DNA from: an uncultured Chloroflexia bacterium
Lineage (GTDB): Bacteria > Chloroflexota > Anaerolineae > JAAYZQ01
DNA: 64,000 bases
Direction: 5' to 3'
Assembly (NCBI GenBank): GCA_963700285.1
Contig: CAVOXA010000010.1
Coordinates: forward strand, 928,001 to 992,000
Positions 58,388 to 64,000 of the stretch are shown here, in pieces. Every line of letters begins with the position of its first letter. The first letter of the stretch is position 1. Below the pieces are notes generated by a model. That model saw only the letters and a program-made list of their open reading frames with translations, did not search any database and was not told the DNA's origin. Made by a program: the position numbers and the translations under genes.

Positions 58388-58529
58388 CTCATCCAGAGGG
58401 GTGGAGGGACCGGCCCTATGAAACCCCGGCAACCAGTTGCTCGCTCGACGCTGGGCGAGGACCGTGGTGCCAATTCCGGCAGGGTACAAAAGCACGCAGC
58501 AACTGCTGGCGAACCCTGAGAGATGAGAG
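58388..58529 (+). promoter_or_regulatory. SAM-I (S-box) riboswitch aptamer
   Basis: CTCATCCAGAG..GGAGGGAC.GGCCC.ATGAA.CC.CGGCAACC...GGTGCCAATTCC.GCAG...CTGAGAGATGAG. Confidence 0.95.
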
Positions 58530-58542
58530 GCGGCATATCGCC

Positions 58543-58570
58543 AAAAGCTCTCATCGTGGGAGCTTTTTTT
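58543..58570 (+). terminator. Riboswitch terminator
   Basis: AGCTCTCA-TCG-TGGGAGCT plus T tract; its CTCTCATC arm is complementary to the P1 3' strand GATGAGAG (antiterminator). Confidence 0.85.
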
Positions 58571-58590
58571 GTGCAGTGAGGAGGGTACCT

Positions 58591-59736
58591 GTGCGCACGA
58601 TAGAGTGGAATGATACCGCGGACGGAGACCAACTGGCCGGTACAGTCAAGATGATTGACCAACGCCTTCTGCCCCTAGAGTTCGTCGTCGTTGAGTTTGA
58701 CGACTACCGGCACGTGGCCGTGGCCATCAAGGAGATGTACATCCGGGGTGCGCCAGCCATTGGCGCAGCCGCAGCCTTTGGCATGGCGCTGGCAGCTCAG
58801 CAGAGCGAAGCGACCACGCCCAAGGATCTGATGGTTGACCTCGACACAGCAGCCAGCGTCATCCGCGCTACTCGCCCCACGGCAGTGAACCTCTTCTGGG
58901 CAGTAGATCTCATGTTGCGGACAGCACAAGGCTCCACACAGGCGAATGTAGCGGGCATCGTTCAGGATTTGATCGCTGAGGCAAAGCGTATCGCCGACGA
59001 GGATGTGGAGATCAACCGCCGCATGGGTGCTCACGGGGCAACCCTCGTCGAGGAAGGTACTGACAGGGCCTGCAACATCTTGACCCACTGCAACGCCGGC
59101 GCCCTGGCCACAGTGGACTACGGCACCGCCCTGGCTATAGTCCGCGCTGCCCACGAGCAGGGCAAGCAGATCCATGTGTGGGTCGACGAGACAAGACCCC
59201 GGTTGCAGGGCGCCCGGCTGACATCGTGGGAATTGATGAACGAAGGCATACCCATGACCCTCATTGCCGACAACGTGGCAGGTCATCTGATGCGCACCGG
59301 CCAAGTTGACATCGTCTTTGTTGGCTCGGACCGGACTGCGGCCAACGGCGACGTGGCCAACAAGATTGGTACTTACAAGCTGGCGGTACTGGCCAAGGAG
59401 AATGGCATACCCTTCTACGCTGTGGTGCCCACCTCTACGATAGACCTATCGGTACCCACCGGCGATGACATCCCCATCGAGGTGCGGGAAGACCGGGAGG
59501 TGACCCACGTTCGCGAATGCCAGGTCGCACCTGACGGTGTGCAAGTCTTGAACTTGGCTTTTGACGTGACACCCCACCGCTATGTAACCGGTATCATTAC
59601 CGAGAACGGCATTGCCTATCCCCCCTTCAAACGAAGCCTGCAGAGAATGGTTGAGACCTGTCCAGAGACATCCGTCGAGGCCCAAGTCAAGGAGCCTGTC
59701 CAGAGGGAATCCCAAGGGGCTAGCCGAAGGAGATGA
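58591..59736 (+). CDS. mtnA: S-methyl-5-thioribose-1-phosphate isomerase
   Basis: [50 protein letters not shown]; GTG start after GAGGAG. Confidence 0.95.
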   Translation: MRTIEWNDTADGDQLAGTVKMIDQRLLPLEFVVVEFDDYRHVAVAIKEMYIRGAPAIGAAAAFGMALAAQQSEATTPKDLMVDLDTAASVIRATRPTAVNLFWAVDLMLRTAQGSTQANVAGIVQDLIAEAKRIADEDVEINRRMGAHGATLVEEGTDRACNILTHCNAGALATVDYGTALAIVRAAHEQGKQIHVWVDETRPRLQGARLTSWELMNEGIPMTLIADNVAGHLMRTGQVDIVFVGSDRTAANGDVANKIGTYKLAVLAKENGIPFYAVVPTSTIDLSVPTGDDIPIEVREDREVTHVRECQVAPDGVQVLNLAFDVTPHRYVTGIITENGIAYPPFKRSLQRMVETCPETSVEAQVKEPVQRESQGASRRR

Positions 59737-60785
59737 GCAAGTCATTTGAGGCAGGACTTCGGTCACTTGCTGCGGGAAGCCTGCCTCACACCGACCCAGC
59801 GATTGCTTGCCGGCTCGCGTCGGAAGCGTTGGACATCCCAACTTGGCCCCAACTGCCGCGGCGATCGTTCCTGGAGAACATGTATGTCCAGTACAGTGAG
59901 CAATTCCCTGGCATAGTTGTGAATGGGGGCCGGATCTATGTAGATCGAGCTCAGGATCTGGATCCCGCTCTCGAAAAGCTGTATATCGCCTACTTGATGA
60001 ACGACCTGGAGCACGCGGCTATCAGCACTGACTATGCCGCGGGGCTGCATTCATTTCTGAAACCGGATCTAGACCGGTCGCCGCCTTCTAAAACTGGCAG
60101 GGACAGACGATCTCTGGTCAAGGGCCAGGTGACGGGGCCGGTGAGTTGGGGGCTGACGGTGGTGGATCAGAACCGGAAGCCTGTGCTCTATGACGACGTT
60201 TTGGCCGAAGCGGTAGCCAGTCATCTGCGACTCAAGGCCACGTGGATGGAGCAAAAGTTACGCAAGTTGTCCCCTCAGACCCTCATTTTCCTGGACGAGC
60301 CCTATATGAGTAGTATCGGCTCGGCCTTCTTTTCCCTGAACCGTGAACAGGTCATCGCCCTGATGGAAGAGGTCTTTGCCGGGATTGAGGGTCTGAAAGG
60401 CGTGCATTGCTGTGGCAACACCGACTGGTCGCTGCTGCTATCCACCAGTGTGGATATCCTCAACGTGGATGCCTACAACTATGCCAAAGCCCTGGCGCTC
60501 TATCCTGAAGATGTGGGTGCCTTCCTGGAGCGGGGCGGCGCTATTGCCTGGGGCATCGTCCCATCTAGTGATCAGGCACTGGACGAGACGGTGGGCAGTC
60601 TGGTGGATCGATTCCATCACACCATTGGCCTCTTGACGGCTAAAGGATTGCATCAGGATGATTTATTGGCCTCGGCCCTGATCATGCCCTCCTGTGGCTG
60701 TGGCTCGCTGGCGGTCGAGACAGCGGAACGGGTGCTAGAATTGACTGTCGGAGTGGCAGAGGCACTGCAACAACGGTATGGATAG
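59733..60785 (+). CDS. Folate-independent core methionine synthase (MesB-like)
   Basis: GSLP, WPQLP, KGQVTGP, DEP, GVHCC zinc motif, PSCG; about 350 aa single barrel; S-box context. Confidence 0.75.
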   Translation: MSKSFEAGLRSLAAGSLPHTDPAIACRLASEALDIPTWPQLPRRSFLENMYVQYSEQFPGIVVNGGRIYVDRAQDLDPALEKLYIAYLMNDLEHAAISTDYAAGLHSFLKPDLDRSPPSKTGRDRRSLVKGQVTGPVSWGLTVVDQNRKPVLYDDVLAEAVASHLRLKATWMEQKLRKLSPQTLIFLDEPYMSSIGSAFFSLNREQVIALMEEVFAGIEGLKGVHCCGNTDWSLLLSTSVDILNVDAYNYAKALALYPEDVGAFLERGGAIAWGIVPSSDQALDETVGSLVDRFHHTIGLLTAKGLHQDDLLASALIMPSCGCGSLAVETAERVLELTVGVAEALQQRYG

Positions 60786-60872
60786 CTACAGCGGGACGAA
60801 CTGCACAGACAAGAGAAAGATGCTGTCTCCAAGAGGATCGGGTCCGCACAGAGAGGAAGAAGACGCAGTCAC

Positions 60873-63153
<2,281 letters not shown>

Positions 63154-63210
63154 AACCCGGCTTCCTGACGGGGAAGCCGGGACAGCAACCCTACGCAAAG
63201 GAGAAACAGT

Positions 63211-64000
63211 ATGACTACGACCTTTATGACCTCACCAAAGCACTTTTTCACCTCCGAATCGGTCACCGAGGGCCATCCAGACAAAATCTGCGACCAGATT
63301 TCAGATGCTGTGTTGGACGCAATGATCGCCGACGATCCTGATGCCCGAGTAGCGTGCGAAACCGCCGTCACGACCGGCCTGGTGCTGGTGATGGGCGAGA
63401 TTACCACCAGCACCTACGTCGACATCAACAGCCTGGTGCGCGATGTGGTCTGGGATATTGGCTACACTCGGGCCAAATTCGGCTTTGACGGTGAGACCTG
63501 CGGTGTCTTGGTGTCTATTAAGGAACAGAGTGGAGATATTGCCTTAGGCGTGGACAAGGCGCTGGAAGCCAAGCTCGGGGAGATGGGCGAGGAGGAAATC
63601 GAATCCCTCGGCGCCGGTGACCAGGGCATGATGGTTGGTTTCGCCTGTACCGAGACGCCGGAATTGATGCCCATGCCCATCATGTTTGCCCACAAGCTTT
63701 GCCGCAGGCTGACCCAAGTACGAAAAGAAGGGGTCCTGCCTTATCTACGGCCTGATGGCAAGAGCCAGGTGACGATCGAGTACGAGTACGGCAAGCCCAA
63801 GCGCGTGGAGGCGGTCGTCATTTCGACCCAGCACTCGGCCGACGTGGATCAGGGCAAAATCCGCGACGATATCATCCGGCGGGTTATCAAGTACGTGGTA
63901 CCCAATGGCATGATGGATGAAGACACAAAGATCTATGTCAATCCCACGGGCCGCTTTGTCGTAGGCGGTCCCAAGGGCGATGCCGGCGTCACAGGTCGCA
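63211..64000 (+). CDS. metK: S-adenosylmethionine synthetase (5' part, runs off the window)
   Basis: [48 protein letters not shown]; AAGGAG SD. Confidence 0.98.
   Translation, partial: MTTTFMTSPKHFFTSESVTEGHPDKICDQISDAVLDAMIADDPDARVACETAVTTGLVLVMGEITTSTYVDINSLVRDVVWDIGYTRAKFGFDGETCGVLVSIKEQSGDIALGVDKALEAKLGEMGEEEIESLGAGDQGMMVGFACTETPELMPMPIMFAHKLCRRLTQVRKEGVLPYLRPDGKSQVTIEYEYGKPKRVEAVVISTQHSADVDQGKIRDDIIRRVIKYVVPNGMMDEDTKIYVNPTGRFVVGGPKGDAGVTGR

Noticed and set aside
58264-58590. N-terminal extension of MtnA in the ORF track
   Set aside because: It overlaps the promoter, SAM-I aptamer and terminator; the true start is GTG 58591.

Overview
GC-rich bacterial chromosome segment. Gene content points to Chloroflexota (Anaerolineae-like): C-terminal FLPLV-type export motif, class II HMG-CoA reductase, large SRP RNA, GAAC-N4-GTTC box and MesB-type methionine synthase. 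The window is mostly housekeeping: murE, pcm, recD2, htrA, glpK, mvaA, rsmA, ffs, a WbpB/D/E-like sugar cluster, udk, tRNA-Thr, pyrG, two TPR-SLT lytic transglycosylases, and a SAM-I riboswitch operon mtnA-mesB-adenosine kinase-ahcY-metK. An accessory, partly decaying patch at about 14.6-25 kb contains an IS3-family element. The most notable observations are: (1) an intact ResB/CcsA pair that appears to lack the heme-ligand histidines and the WWD motif; (2) an orphan HyfB/E/F-like membrane trio lacking the proton-pumping residues; (3) an ABC-F gene behind a consensus promoter, an 18-aa leader peptide and a terminator; (4) a LexA-boxed, catalytically divergent RecA paralog preceded by a tandem palindromic array; (5) a MalT-like regulator broken by one in-frame TGA inside a perfect 20-bp palindrome. 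All calls come from reading the sequence and recalled family motifs. No database searches were run.
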